A stretch of 36,558 nucleotides of DNA from a virus (lineage: Duplodnaviria; Caudoviricetes): IMG/VR virus record IMGVR_UViG_3300043406_000013, positions 1-36,558 of that record; one strand, 5' to 3'. Positions 27,083 through 34,235 of the stretch are shown piece after piece (position 1 is the stretch's first letter; the number at the start of each line of letters is the position of its first letter). A program made the position numbers and the translations under genes. The notes beneath the pieces were generated by a model. That model did not search any database. It was not told the origin of the DNA and saw nothing but the letters and a program-made list of their open reading frames with translations.

Positions 27083-27132
27083 CTAGTGCCCATCCGATAG
27101 CCCGATGCGACGGGCTACGGGATGCGTACCAG
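27083..27132 (+). promoter_or_regulatory. Conserved intergenic hairpin, copy 3
   Basis: CTAGTGC-c-CATCC-GA-TAGCCCG-atgcga-CGGGCTA-CG-GGATG-c-GTACCAG. Confidence 0.75.
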
Positions 27133-27164
27133 ATGGTCCGCACGATATCGGAGGTCAGGAACCG

Positions 27165-27584
27165 ATGGCAGCACGTATCAACGGCTTGCACCAGTGCAAG
27201 CACCCGACCCGCTATTTGAGTGAGTCTCAGGCGGCACGGGCCATGATCGCCCAATGGGCATTCGAGGATTGCAGCGCGTGCGTCAAGTGGGCGCGCGATG
27301 AGGCAGCCATCACGAACGCCCGAGACCTTGGCTTGCCCGATCTTATCGGGAGCGACAAGCAGGTTTCCTGGGCGCGTTCCATCCGTGAAGAGGCACGGGC
27401 GGCACTGTCCGACTACCTCGCCGCCCACGGCACCGTGCAGGACATGTTGGCGTCCGACGTTCTCATGTTCGGCATGGATGACGCCGGATGGTGGATCACT
27501 CGGAAGGACTGGGGACCGGACAAGATCGTGTCTGCGGTCTCCCCCATTGTGACCATTGCACTCGGCTATCGGGTGTCGCCATGA
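27165..27584 (+). CDS. Conserved hypothetical phage protein (LP.L.GS.KQV.WA..IR type)
   Basis: ATCGGAGGTCAGG RBS; 139 aa with CKH..CSAC, LPDLIGSDKQVSWARSIR and AGWWITR motifs. Confidence 0.75.
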   Translation: MAARINGLHQCKHPTRYLSESQAARAMIAQWAFEDCSACVKWARDEAAITNARDLGLPDLIGSDKQVSWARSIREEARAALSDYLAAHGTVQDMLASDVLMFGMDDAGWWITRKDWGPDKIVSAVSPIVTIALGYRVSP

Positions 27585-27940
27585 CCCGCAAGCGTCCCGA
27601 AGTTCAGCCCTGCGGGGAGCGCCACGAGTCCTACCTCACCTGCGCAATCTGCTATCCGGTCCCGCCCGAGCGGCCCGAGAGACTGCAAGGTCCCGAGGTA
27701 GGCGATAGGTGCCTCTATCGCTCCAAGAGTTTCCCTGATGGCGTGCCGGTGACCGTCACGGCCCGGTCCTACGTGTGGGCACCGCACGATCCGGCCTACC
27801 ACGGTGGCGCTCGGCGTTACGACTGGAAAGTCATTCGGATCGACCCCGACGCCACTCTGCCGCCGTTTTTCGGTGGCAGGGGTCTGTGTGTCGATGACAA
27901 GGACTTGACCCCTATCCGTATCGATGCGGTGACACTATGA
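27581..27940 (+). CDS. Hypothetical protein
   Basis: 119 aa, ATGA overlap; C..H...C..C N-terminus and a VGDR barrel-like segment. Confidence 0.65.
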   Translation: MTRKRPEVQPCGERHESYLTCAICYPVPPERPERLQGPEVGDRCLYRSKSFPDGVPVTVTARSYVWAPHDPAYHGGARRYDWKVIRIDPDATLPPFFGGRGLCVDDKDLTPIRIDAVTL

Positions 27941-28134
27941 GGCCGACCTTCGGTGATACCCGCCCATCGTTCGGCTATCCCGAGTCCGCCCACCGTGAGC
28001 ATATCGAGCCCTACCGCCCCACGGTAGGCGTGCAGCTTGGCATCGATGGGTCGGAGCTACCAGCCGATGATGACGGCCCCGGTACGTATGAGGAAACGAT
28101 GCGTTACCTGGGCATCTCCGAGGATGACGAATGA
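27937..28134 (+). CDS. Hypothetical protein
   Basis: 65 aa, ATGA overlaps at both ends. Confidence 0.6.
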   Translation: MRPTFGDTRPSFGYPESAHREHIEPYRPTVGVQLGIDGSELPADDDGPGTYEETMRYLGISEDDE

Positions 28135-28205
28135 TGCTCGTCATCATCATCCTCGCAATCTTCGCATGGGTGTGCATCATCACCATGATCATGTTCGATG
28201 ACTGA
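28131..28205 (+). CDS. 24-aa single transmembrane micropeptide (absent from ORF track)
   Basis: MMLVIIILAIFAWVCIITMIMFDD, ATGA overlap, GAGGA upstream. Confidence 0.55.
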   Translation: MMLVIIILAIFAWVCIITMIMFDD

Positions 28206-28365
28206 GGAACAGCGGGACCTTGTCGCACTCATCATCAAGGTCATGGGCTGCATCGCCCGAGACGAGAACGATTGCACCTACCAGGACTTGGCTGCCGATC
28301 TGGTTCGCGCCGTGGAGGCCGTGCTGGACGCATTCGCCACGCTCCTACCAGACTCCGACGAGTAG
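28198..28365 (+). CDS. 55-aa acidic helical protein (absent from ORF track)
   Basis: MTEEQRDLVALIIKVMGCIARDENDCTYQDLAADLVRAVEAVLDAFATLLPDSDE; overlaps the previous stop. Confidence 0.55.
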   Translation: MTEEQRDLVALIIKVMGCIARDENDCTYQDLAADLVRAVEAVLDAFATLLPDSDE

Positions 28366-28440
28366 GTCAATCCCGACTCACCCACTATGTATTACAACTT
28401 CGTATCCAAGGGGACATGGCCTATCGATACCGTGCGAGAA

Positions 28441-28477
28441 TGACCCCCTGCATCCTGGGCTGATGCAGGGGGGATCA
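28441..28477 (+). other. Intergenic hairpin (possible distant variant of the conserved element)
   Basis: CCCCCTGCATC-ctgggct-GATGCAGGGGG, 11-bp stem, upstream of a GGGAGGGG RBS. Confidence 0.55.
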
Positions 28478-28502
28478 GTCCACACCCTGATGGGAGGGGA
28501 CC

Positions 28503-28694
28503 TTGGAGTACCGGGCCAGTGTCGTCGTTACCAACGATGACCCGGACCCATCGCCTGAGTCGATCAGGCACCTTGTTCGCCATCGGCTGGAGGATGACGG
28601 GCTCGTCTCCGTCACGGTCATGGCTTGTGTAGGGGAGGTCAAGGATGCAGACATACCAGAGTCCAGCCCGAGTGCTGGAGACGGCCATGGCTAA
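28503..28694 (+). CDS. Hypothetical protein
   Basis: 63 aa, TTG start with GGGAGGGG RBS. Confidence 0.55.
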   Translation: MEYRASVVVTNDDPDPSPESIRHLVRHRLEDDGLVSVTVMACVGEVKDADIPESSPSAGDGHG

Positions 28695-28863
28695 GGCGGC
28701 ATGGTCCGCCGACAAGCTGGGCCATCGTATCGGGCACTTCCTGCCCGACGTGGTGGGCAACGCAGCCCTGGCACAGTGCAAGGTCTGCGACGGCTACGCC
28801 TGCGTGGACCTTGCGGAAGGTCACGAGCCATATGGCAGGGCCGTGACGGTCCGTTGCCGATGA
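28645..28863 (+). CDS. Small putative zinc-binding protein
   Basis: GGGGAGGTCAAGG RBS; 72 aa with GH..CKVC...C. Confidence 0.65.
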   Translation: MQTYQSPARVLETAMAKAAWSADKLGHRIGHFLPDVVGNAALAQCKVCDGYACVDLAEGHEPYGRAVTVRCR

Positions 28864-29069
28864 GGCGCTACCGGGACACCATCACATCATCCGAGGTCGT
28901 GATCCCCGTCCACCGACTGGCAGAGCTTGAACGAAAGGAGCGCGGTCATGACGCATATCTGTGGGCCACCAGGAGGATGGCAGACAAGGCTCGTATCAGT
29001 TGCTCCGACTACGCTCGGGCGCTGTACGACTTCTGCGAACTGGTAGCGGAGGCGCCGATGACAGATTGA
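28860..29069 (+). CDS. Hypothetical protein
   Basis: 69 aa MRRYRDTITSSEV..., ATGA overlap; last gene of the rightward block. Confidence 0.6.
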   Translation: MRRYRDTITSSEVVIPVHRLAELERKERGHDAYLWATRRMADKARISCSDYARALYDFCELVAEAPMTD

Positions 29070-29090
29070 CAAAAAGAACTGGTCGAACAA

Positions 29091-29118
29091 GAAACCCCCG
29101 GCGAACGCCGGGGGTTTC
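29091..29118. terminator. Terminator between convergent blocks (stronger U-tract on minus strand)
   Basis: GAAACCCCCGGCG-aa-CGCCGGGGGTTTC perfect inverted repeat; minus strand ends TTTCTTGTT. Confidence 0.8.
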
Positions 29119-29168
29119 AGTATGTCTGGGAGGTCAGGCTTCCAGACCGCTACATCATAGCAGACACA

Positions 29169-29471
29169 TCAAGTGACGGCTGCCACTCCCTCCGTGGCAT
29201 TTCCTGAACGGGAAACCTTGCGTGGGCCGCGCAGCACCCCCGTCCTTGGATCACTCGGGTCGGGGATTTTGGGTGCTGCGCCCTGCTGGCACCATTGAGT
29301 AGGCTGGACAGCACCAGGACCGACCCTAGGGCCGGGGATATGCAGTCGGTACTCCATGTCACGAGCGCCGCACTTGATACACAAGCGCCGTGCTGGATAC
29401 GTCTCGCCGCATTGACGGCAGCGTGAGTCCAGTTTGCCCTGCTGCCACGCCTTCAGCATCTCGGGAGTCAT
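29169..29471 (-). CDS. Zinc-ribbon protein
   Basis: 100 aa with CRQCG..YPARRLCIKCG. Confidence 0.65.
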   Translation of the reverse strand: MTPEMLKAWQQGKLDSRCRQCGETYPARRLCIKCGARDMEYRLHIPGPRVGPGAVQPTQWCQQGAAPKIPDPSDPRTGVLRGPRKVSRSGNATEGVAAVT

Positions 29472-29707
29472 GTGAGACCATCCAGATACGATCCCGTCAG
29501 CGGTTGCTTGAACTGCCGTTCGGCGTCACGCTCCATCTCCTCATCGATGATGGCGATGACCCCGGCCAGTGTGGACACCGTGGACTTCATGACTTCGGTA
29601 CCTGGGTCCACGTTCCGGTCAGCACCCTCGATCATCTCGATGGTGGACTGGATCTCCTTCTGCCACTTCAGCACACGCTTGCGGGTAGAGAACGCAGCGG
29701 TGCTCAC
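29468..29707 (-). CDS. Hypothetical helical protein
   Basis: GTG at 29707 with GGGGAGG RBS and GTGA overlap; 79 aa. Confidence 0.65.
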   Translation of the reverse strand: MSTAAFSTRKRVLKWQKEIQSTIEMIEGADRNVDPGTEVMKSTVSTLAGVIAIIDEEMERDAERQFKQPLTGSYLDGLT

Positions 29708-29808
29708 CGATGCCTCCCCTTGTCGCACTTCGGGCAGATACGGTCACCCTGGGCAGCCGACATCCGGCAGCCGGTACGGCAGGACTGGCAGGCGCACTTG
29801 CGGGTCAT
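29704..29808 (-). CDS. 34-aa Cys-rich peptide (absent from ORF track)
   Basis: MTRKCACQSCRTGCRMSAAQGDRICPKCDKGRHR, with ATGA and GTGA overlaps at the two ends. Confidence 0.6.
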   Translation of the reverse strand: MTRKCACQSCRTGCRMSAAQGDRICPKCDKGRHR

Positions 29809-30074
29809 CCGTACTTCTCCACGAGCGCCTTGGCCTCTTGCCATGCTTCAGGGTTGCCGGTGTCTGCCACGTACCGGATGAAACCCATGAGCGTGCGGTT
29901 GACCGACTGGACCTGTAGCAGCGAGTCGTAATGAATGGCTCGCAGCAGGCTTTCTATCTCGTCATCCAGCCAACGGGCGTAAGCGGGACTGTCGCGTGGC
30001 GGGCAAGAGAAATCCTCGACATCCTTGATGAGGTTGCCCAGCCATGCCCGCAAGTCGTCCCTCCGGTCTTTCAC
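29805..30074 (-). CDS. Hypothetical protein
   Basis: 89 aa, coupled to both neighbours. Confidence 0.65.
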   Translation of the reverse strand: MKDRRDDLRAWLGNLIKDVEDFSCPPRDSPAYARWLDDEIESLLRAIHYDSLLQVQSVNRTLMGFIRYVADTGNPEAWQEAKALVEKYG

Positions 30075-30475
30075 AGGAGGCCACTGAAGTCGGGCGGCAC
30101 GTAGTACGGACCCTTCTTGACCTTGCCATCAGCCCGCTTCTCGACGCCGATGATCTTGGTCATGTTGGAGCGGTGGACTTCCTCGAACCAAGGCAGGATG
30201 TCGATGCCCCACGCCACCGCCGTCCCCAGCGTGACGTACAGGATGTCGCACAGTTCCTTGACCGCATCCGTGAACGAGGGATCGGCGTTGAGCGTCGGGC
30301 CGTACTTGCCCAGCGAGATCATGCTGGCGGCAGACTCGAACTCCGATACCTCTTCGAGGATGAGGTTGATGCGCAGGTTGACATCACGGAAACCGGGTGT
30401 CTCGCCCACGGTCGAGCCTGTGGCGACGTGGAACTCGGTAACCATCCTCTGCATAGGATCTCGGGTTACGGTCAC
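30071..30475 (-). CDS. MazG-like / PRA-PH family nucleotide pyrophosphohydrolase
   Basis: VTEFH..LRINLILEEVSE..KELCDILYV..G..FEEVHRSNMTK..RADGKVKKGP motifs; GTG start at 30475 with GGAGG upstream. Confidence 0.85.
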   Translation of the reverse strand: MTVTRDPMQRMVTEFHVATGSTVGETPGFRDVNLRINLILEEVSEFESAASMISLGKYGPTLNADPSFTDAVKELCDILYVTLGTAVAWGIDILPWFEEVHRSNMTKIIGVEKRADGKVKKGPYYVPPDFSGLL

Positions 30476-30798
30476 TCGGCTTCCTCCGTCTCGACCCACA
30501 CCTTGCGCGTACCGGTCGGCTTTGGCAACACGCCCCGAGTGACTGGACCCCACTGCGGAAACTCTTTCTCCACCATCCCCAAAATGGGCAGGGCGGACCA
30601 CATCTGAAACTCCTCGATGCCCTCGGTGTGATAGTCATAGCCGTATGTCTCGCCGTTCTTCACGGCAATGGCCTCTCGGTTGGCCTTCAGCGCATCGATG
30701 TATGCCTGCGCCAACTCTCGTGTCTCGAGCAGGCAATGCACGGTGTAATCGGAATACGAACCCGACGATATCGCGTAGACGGTCCTGACGCTGCTCAC
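30472..30798 (-). CDS. Hypothetical phage protein
   Basis: VYAISSGSYSDYTV..TRELAQAY motif common in small phage proteins; GTG start with GGAG. Confidence 0.65.
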   Translation of the reverse strand: MSSVRTVYAISSGSYSDYTVHCLLETRELAQAYIDALKANREAIAVKNGETYGYDYHTEGIEEFQMWSALPILGMVEKEFPQWGPVTRGVLPKPTGTRKVWVETEEAE

Positions 30799-30835
30799 TG
30801 GATCTCCCACTGCACTTCATGCTTTCGGATGGCGG

Positions 30836-31237
30836 TCAACTGTCGTCGTCCGACGATGCCGTACTGCTGGCAGTAGGCGTCCCATTGGAGTCCCTGTGCT
30901 CGGGCGTCAGCCCGGAGGAACGTCCAAGCTGGATCGTCGTCAGCTTCTCCAGGAGCTTCGGTGTCGCCACCATCTCGATGGTCAACAGATGGGTCGAGCA
31001 CTGGCAGTACCGGTCCCGTACCACCATCCCCGCCACCACCTGCGTCCGTGTCGGCATCTCTCGCAACGGACCATCGCACTTCAGGCAGCGCAGGAGACCC
31101 CTGCGCCGACGCTCCGTCCTTGTCGGTGGAGTAGGTGTCCCCCACTTGTTGTTCCGGTTGTAGTGCTTCACGCACATGCCAAGCGCCCGTGTCTCCCGGT
31201 CGCACTGCTGCCCGTCTTCGACCACGGGACATCTCAC
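30836..31237 (-). CDS. Double zinc-finger protein, putative regulator
   Basis: N-terminal C..C..ALGMCVKHYNR module plus a CLKC..RDRYCQC..TIE ribbon reminiscent of NrdR/Ogr zinc ribbons. Confidence 0.6.
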   Translation of the reverse strand: MRCPVVEDGQQCDRETRALGMCVKHYNRNNKWGTPTPPTRTERRRRGLLRCLKCDGPLREMPTRTQVVAGMVVRDRYCQCSTHLLTIEMVATPKLLEKLTTIQLGRSSGLTPEHRDSNGTPTASSTASSDDDS

Positions 31238-31479
31238 TTGAACCTCAATGCGGCCACCGTGACCGCGCTACCGAGTGCGTAGTAAGCAAGGTCGATGAGG
31301 ATGCGTCCTGCGTCCAGCCCGCTCACCAGCAGAATGAGGGCCTGTGCTGCGAACAGCAGGACCCAGAACTGGATACGCCCATCAGTCAGCGCAGTCCTGA
31401 CCCTCTCGGTCCTCTTCGGTGGTGGTTTCGGCGGGTTCGTCGTCGGTGTCGGCGGTAGGTTCCTGACCCTGATCGTCAT
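31234..31479 (-). CDS. Small membrane protein (two hydrophobic segments)
   Basis: 81 aa, AAGGAGGTCAGGA RBS, Pro-rich N-terminus then two TM-like stretches. Confidence 0.65.
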   Translation of the reverse strand: MTIRVRNLPPTPTTNPPKPPPKRTERVRTALTDGRIQFWVLLFAAQALILLVSGLDAGRILIDLAYYALGSAVTVAALRFK

Positions 31480-31699
31480 TCCTGACCTCCTTCAGCAGTT
31501 CACCCAGCGGGTAACTGGACAGCAGACTCTTGGCGATCTCGTATCGAGCCTCAGCCCGCGTGATGTCCTCGATGTAAAGCTCGTCGGCACCGGCCTTGGC
31601 CTGTGCGTCCGTCTTGGCGGTCATGCGTAGCCAGAGGAAGTGCATGGCCCATGCCTTGCGGAGTCGGCCCAGCTCGTTGGCTACGTCAAGGAAGGTCAT
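31382..31699 (-). CDS. Hypothetical protein with acidic tail
   Basis: 105 aa, ATGA overlap at start; tail overlaps the next gene by 98 nt. Confidence 0.6.
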   Translation of the reverse strand: MTFLDVANELGRLRKAWAMHFLWLRMTAKTDAQAKAGADELYIEDITRAEARYEIAKSLLSSYPLGELLKEVRNDDQGQEPTADTDDEPAETTTEEDREGQDCAD

Positions 31700-31824
31700 G
31701 AGAGAAATGCCCGGATGAAATAGACAATGAACCCGATCATCACGACGACGCTCACGAACCCAAACATCAGTGCAAGGACTGCGAATATCGTCATCAGGAT
31801 GCGGTCGAAGGCGTCATTGCTCAT
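31696..31824 (-). CDS. 42-aa membrane peptide (absent from ORF track)
   Basis: MSNDAFDRILMTIFAVLALMFGFVSVVVMIGFIVYFIRAFLS, ATGA overlaps at both ends, AGGAG upstream. Confidence 0.65.
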   Translation of the reverse strand: MSNDAFDRILMTIFAVLALMFGFVSVVVMIGFIVYFIRAFLS

Positions 31825-32654
31825 GCCTTTCTCCTGATGCGTGCCACTTCCGCCTGCGTCCACCGCTCACCACGTTCCTGGGCCTTGGCGCCCACCGGAC
31901 TGTTCAGGAAGATGCTGGATATCTCCTCATCGGAGTAGCCCATGCGGGCCAGCCACACACCGGCCCGGAACTCGGTCTCTGATCGGGCGCCCTTAGGCGG
32001 GTCCTGATTGATGAGATCGGACAGCCATTCCGGGGCATCCTCCCTGCGCTCATGGGGAGTGATGACGTGGTGGACCGGACGACTGAATGACTCCACCATC
32101 TCATTGAAATCAGACAGGTCGAACAGGCGTGTCGTGTCCAGCTTCAGCAGGCGGACGGGGATGGGGTTGTCGGGGTTCTTGTGGTTATGGAGACCCGGCA
32201 GTCTCAGGATGCGCGGGGCATCGAAGCACGCGTCGGCACCCATCCATTTCGCCACCGCCTGATTGACCAGTACGGCGTCCTTCGTCGGTACCGGTTCCCG
32301 TAGTTTCCAGTACGCATGGAACCCGTGTCCGCTGTCCACCAGAACACTGGCGGGTACGGGGAAGCTGAGCACTGCGTCAAGGGCACCGGCATGTCCATCC
32401 TCGAAGTCGTGGTCGTCAAGATCCGCCCACAGGACACCGGCCAGGGGTACCACGTCATCGGCGGTACCGGCCTTGGACTGTCTGGGCAGCACACCGGCAT
32501 AGACATCCCAGCCATCGGCGTCCAGCGTCACGGCATCTCCGATGATGGCGTGTGGCGGCCAGTAGAACGCTCGCACGACATCCTGACCGGGCTTCATGGC
32601 CCGCATCTCGGTGTATCCGACATCGGGATGGACGAAACTGAGGAAGTCCCTCAT
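31821..32654 (-). CDS. RepB-type DNA primase (archaeo-eukaryotic primase superfamily)
   Basis: LWADLD, VDSGHGFHAYW and RILRLPG..NHK motifs, plus a C-terminal helical domain RSETEF..LARMGYSDEEI. Confidence 0.85.
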   Translation of the reverse strand: MRDFLSFVHPDVGYTEMRAMKPGQDVVRAFYWPPHAIIGDAVTLDADGWDVYAGVLPRQSKAGTADDVVPLAGVLWADLDDHDFEDGHAGALDAVLSFPVPASVLVDSGHGFHAYWKLREPVPTKDAVLVNQAVAKWMGADACFDAPRILRLPGLHNHKNPDNPIPVRLLKLDTTRLFDLSDFNEMVESFSRPVHHVITPHERREDAPEWLSDLINQDPPKGARSETEFRAGVWLARMGYSDEEISSIFLNSPVGAKAQERGERWTQAEVARIRRKA

Positions 32655-32869
32655 CGGATCTTTGTCAGCGTGGCATCGAAGTTGGCACCGGGGAACGCTG
32701 GCTCAGGGATTGCCTGATACTTCGGCTGGACCCGTTCCTTGACGATGGGCCGCTCGGCCATCGGGCCGCGTCTGCCGCAAGCGCCACACTTTCCGATGTG
32801 ATAGCGGCGTGAGGCGTCAGTCGTTCCTTCCGCGACGACACGCTCGGAACCACAGTTGCCGCACTTCAC
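32651..32869 (-). CDS. Small zinc-finger protein
   Basis: 72 aa with CGNCG..CGACG. Confidence 0.65.
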   Translation of the reverse strand: MKCGNCGSERVVAEGTTDASRRYHIGKCGACGRRGPMAERPIVKERVQPKYQAIPEPAFPGANFDATLTKIR

Positions 32870-33063
32870 CGTCGTCGCCCACGGTCATACCGAGCCTTGG
32901 TGGCCTTGGCACAGGTGCGGCAGAACAGCATCCCCCGGTCGGTCACGTCACGATCGACATGGCCCTGGGGGCAGGGGGAGGCAAGATCCTCGGCATCCTT
33001 GCACCACATCGGATGCCAGACGCCCCATTGGGTGTAGTCGGGAGGAAGTTGCGGACGAGTCAT
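32866..33063 (-). CDS. Small putative zinc-binding protein
   Basis: ATG 33063 (ATGA overlap), 65 aa, CPQGH..CRTC. Confidence 0.6.
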   Translation of the reverse strand: MTRPQLPPDYTQWGVWHPMWCKDAEDLASPCPQGHVDRDVTDRGMLFCRTCAKATKARYDRGRRR

Positions 33064-33623
33064 GCGGCACCCCACTGTTCTGCCATCGCGGCAGCGATAC
33101 CGGGATAGGTTCGACTGCGGTCACGCCAGCGATCGGGGCCGGGGGCCATGCGATGAACGCGAGCTTCTCTGCCGTCCACGATGTCTGTGGGCACCAGCTT
33201 GGGCAGCCCCTTCAGCCAGAGACAGGTAGCTTTGGTCTCACCGTGACCGAACATCCAGGGCTGGACAATCTGATCGGGTTTGCGGATGTGGCTGCTGATG
33301 ATCGAGACCGGGTTTTCCAGCGCGATCCTGGGGATGTCGGCGTCCAGCAAGGTGCGCACGAAATCGAGTGCTCTTTGCTGCCTGCCATCGGCCCGCTTGG
33401 CGGCGAAATGGCGAGCACCCGAGACTGCGATATCCGTACACGGGGGGTGAGCCACCATCAGATCCCAGCCGAGAGGAATAGCCGCAGTCAGGACATCACC
33501 CTTGATGTGGTACATCGACGGTCGTTCCGTTTCCAGCAGATCGCATGACCATGCGTCGTGTCCGCGATCCCGAAATGCGTTGCGGACCACCCCGGAAAAT
33601 TCACAGGCCACGAGCACCCTCAT
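33060..33623 (-). CDS. Compact DNA cytosine-C5 methyltransferase-like protein
   Basis: ATG 33623; MRVLVACEFSG, catalytic-type HPPC and ENPV motifs, C-terminal RSRTYPGIAAAMAEQW; 187 aa. Confidence 0.8.
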   Translation of the reverse strand: MRVLVACEFSGVVRNAFRDRGHDAWSCDLLETERPSMYHIKGDVLTAAIPLGWDLMVAHPPCTDIAVSGARHFAAKRADGRQQRALDFVRTLLDADIPRIALENPVSIISSHIRKPDQIVQPWMFGHGETKATCLWLKGLPKLVPTDIVDGREARVHRMAPGPDRWRDRSRTYPGIAAAMAEQWGAA

Positions 33624-33877
33624 CGGTCGTAGGCCTCCAGGGCTGCCTGTAGCGTCTTCGCGTCCCGGCCACGATCCCGTAGCTCCTGGTAGTTCATCCA
33701 CGGACCATTGGCAGCCTGCCTCACGGTGGCATCCACAAGGTTCCGCAGTGCGGTCTCCGACCGCTGGTAGCGGTCAAGCTCTGACAGCAGGACGGCCACG
33801 TCATGGGCATAGTCGAGACATTGGCCGGTGTCGGTGGCGACCTTGACGCGGAATGCGTAGGGCGCTAGATCGATCAA
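33620..33877 (-). CDS. Hypothetical protein
   Basis: 85 aa, coupled to both neighbours. Confidence 0.6.
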   Translation of the reverse strand: MIDLAPYAFRVKVATDTGQCLDYAHDVAVLLSELDRYQRSETALRNLVDATVRQAANGPWMNYQELRDRGRDAKTLQAALEAYDR

Positions 33878-34203
33878 AGGTCGTCCGACGCTTCCACCTG
33901 AACCGCCCGGTACACGCTCATCGGCACAAAGTCATGCCACGTCTTGCCGCCCGACTCCTGCGTCTTGTAGGTGCCCTCCAGCACCAGCCGGTCACCCTTC
34001 TCGGATGCCAGCAAGGCCGCCATCGGGTTCTTGCCGAACGCTGAGATCCCCAGCAGGTAGTCGTCGCCCTTGTCGTAGGACTTGTTCACGGCGCCCAGCG
34101 CCTTGACCACCTCCTTGCCCGTCTTGGTCGTGCTCGACTCCGGGTCCCTGACCAGCCTCACGAGACGAAAGTCGAACTCGGGCCACTTGCGCTCTTCTGC
34201 CAT
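33874..34203 (-). CDS. ssb: Single-stranded DNA-binding protein (OB fold, short)
   Basis: RLVRDPE..TKTGKEV..AVN..AFGK..KGDRLVLEG pattern of bacterial-type SSB; short acidic end SDDL; AAGGGAG RBS. Confidence 0.7.
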   Translation of the reverse strand: MAEERKWPEFDFRLVRLVRDPESSTTKTGKEVVKALGAVNKSYDKGDDYLLGISAFGKNPMAALLASEKGDRLVLEGTYKTQESGGKTWHDFVPMSVYRAVQVEASDDL

Positions 34204-34235
34204 CAGTTACTCCCTTGCATCCTGTTCAAGACTGA

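Noticed and set aside
25117-27132. Conserved hairpins as intrinsic terminators or canonical integron attC sites
   Set aside because: No U-tracts, no RYYYAAC/GTTRRRY boxes and no integrase. Kept only as an unexplained motif.
29066-29090. Perfect TTGACA -35 box
   Set aside because: No -10 element at 16-18 nt spacing; it overlaps a stop codon and the terminator flank.
30795-31232. Second same-strand ORF (145 aa) overlapping the zinc-finger gene, possible frameshift product
   Set aside because: Third-position GC favours the 133-aa frame to its end, and no slippery site was seen.
31234-31824. Holin / lysis cassette call for the small membrane proteins
   Set aside because: They lie in the replication operon with no recognisable endolysin nearby.
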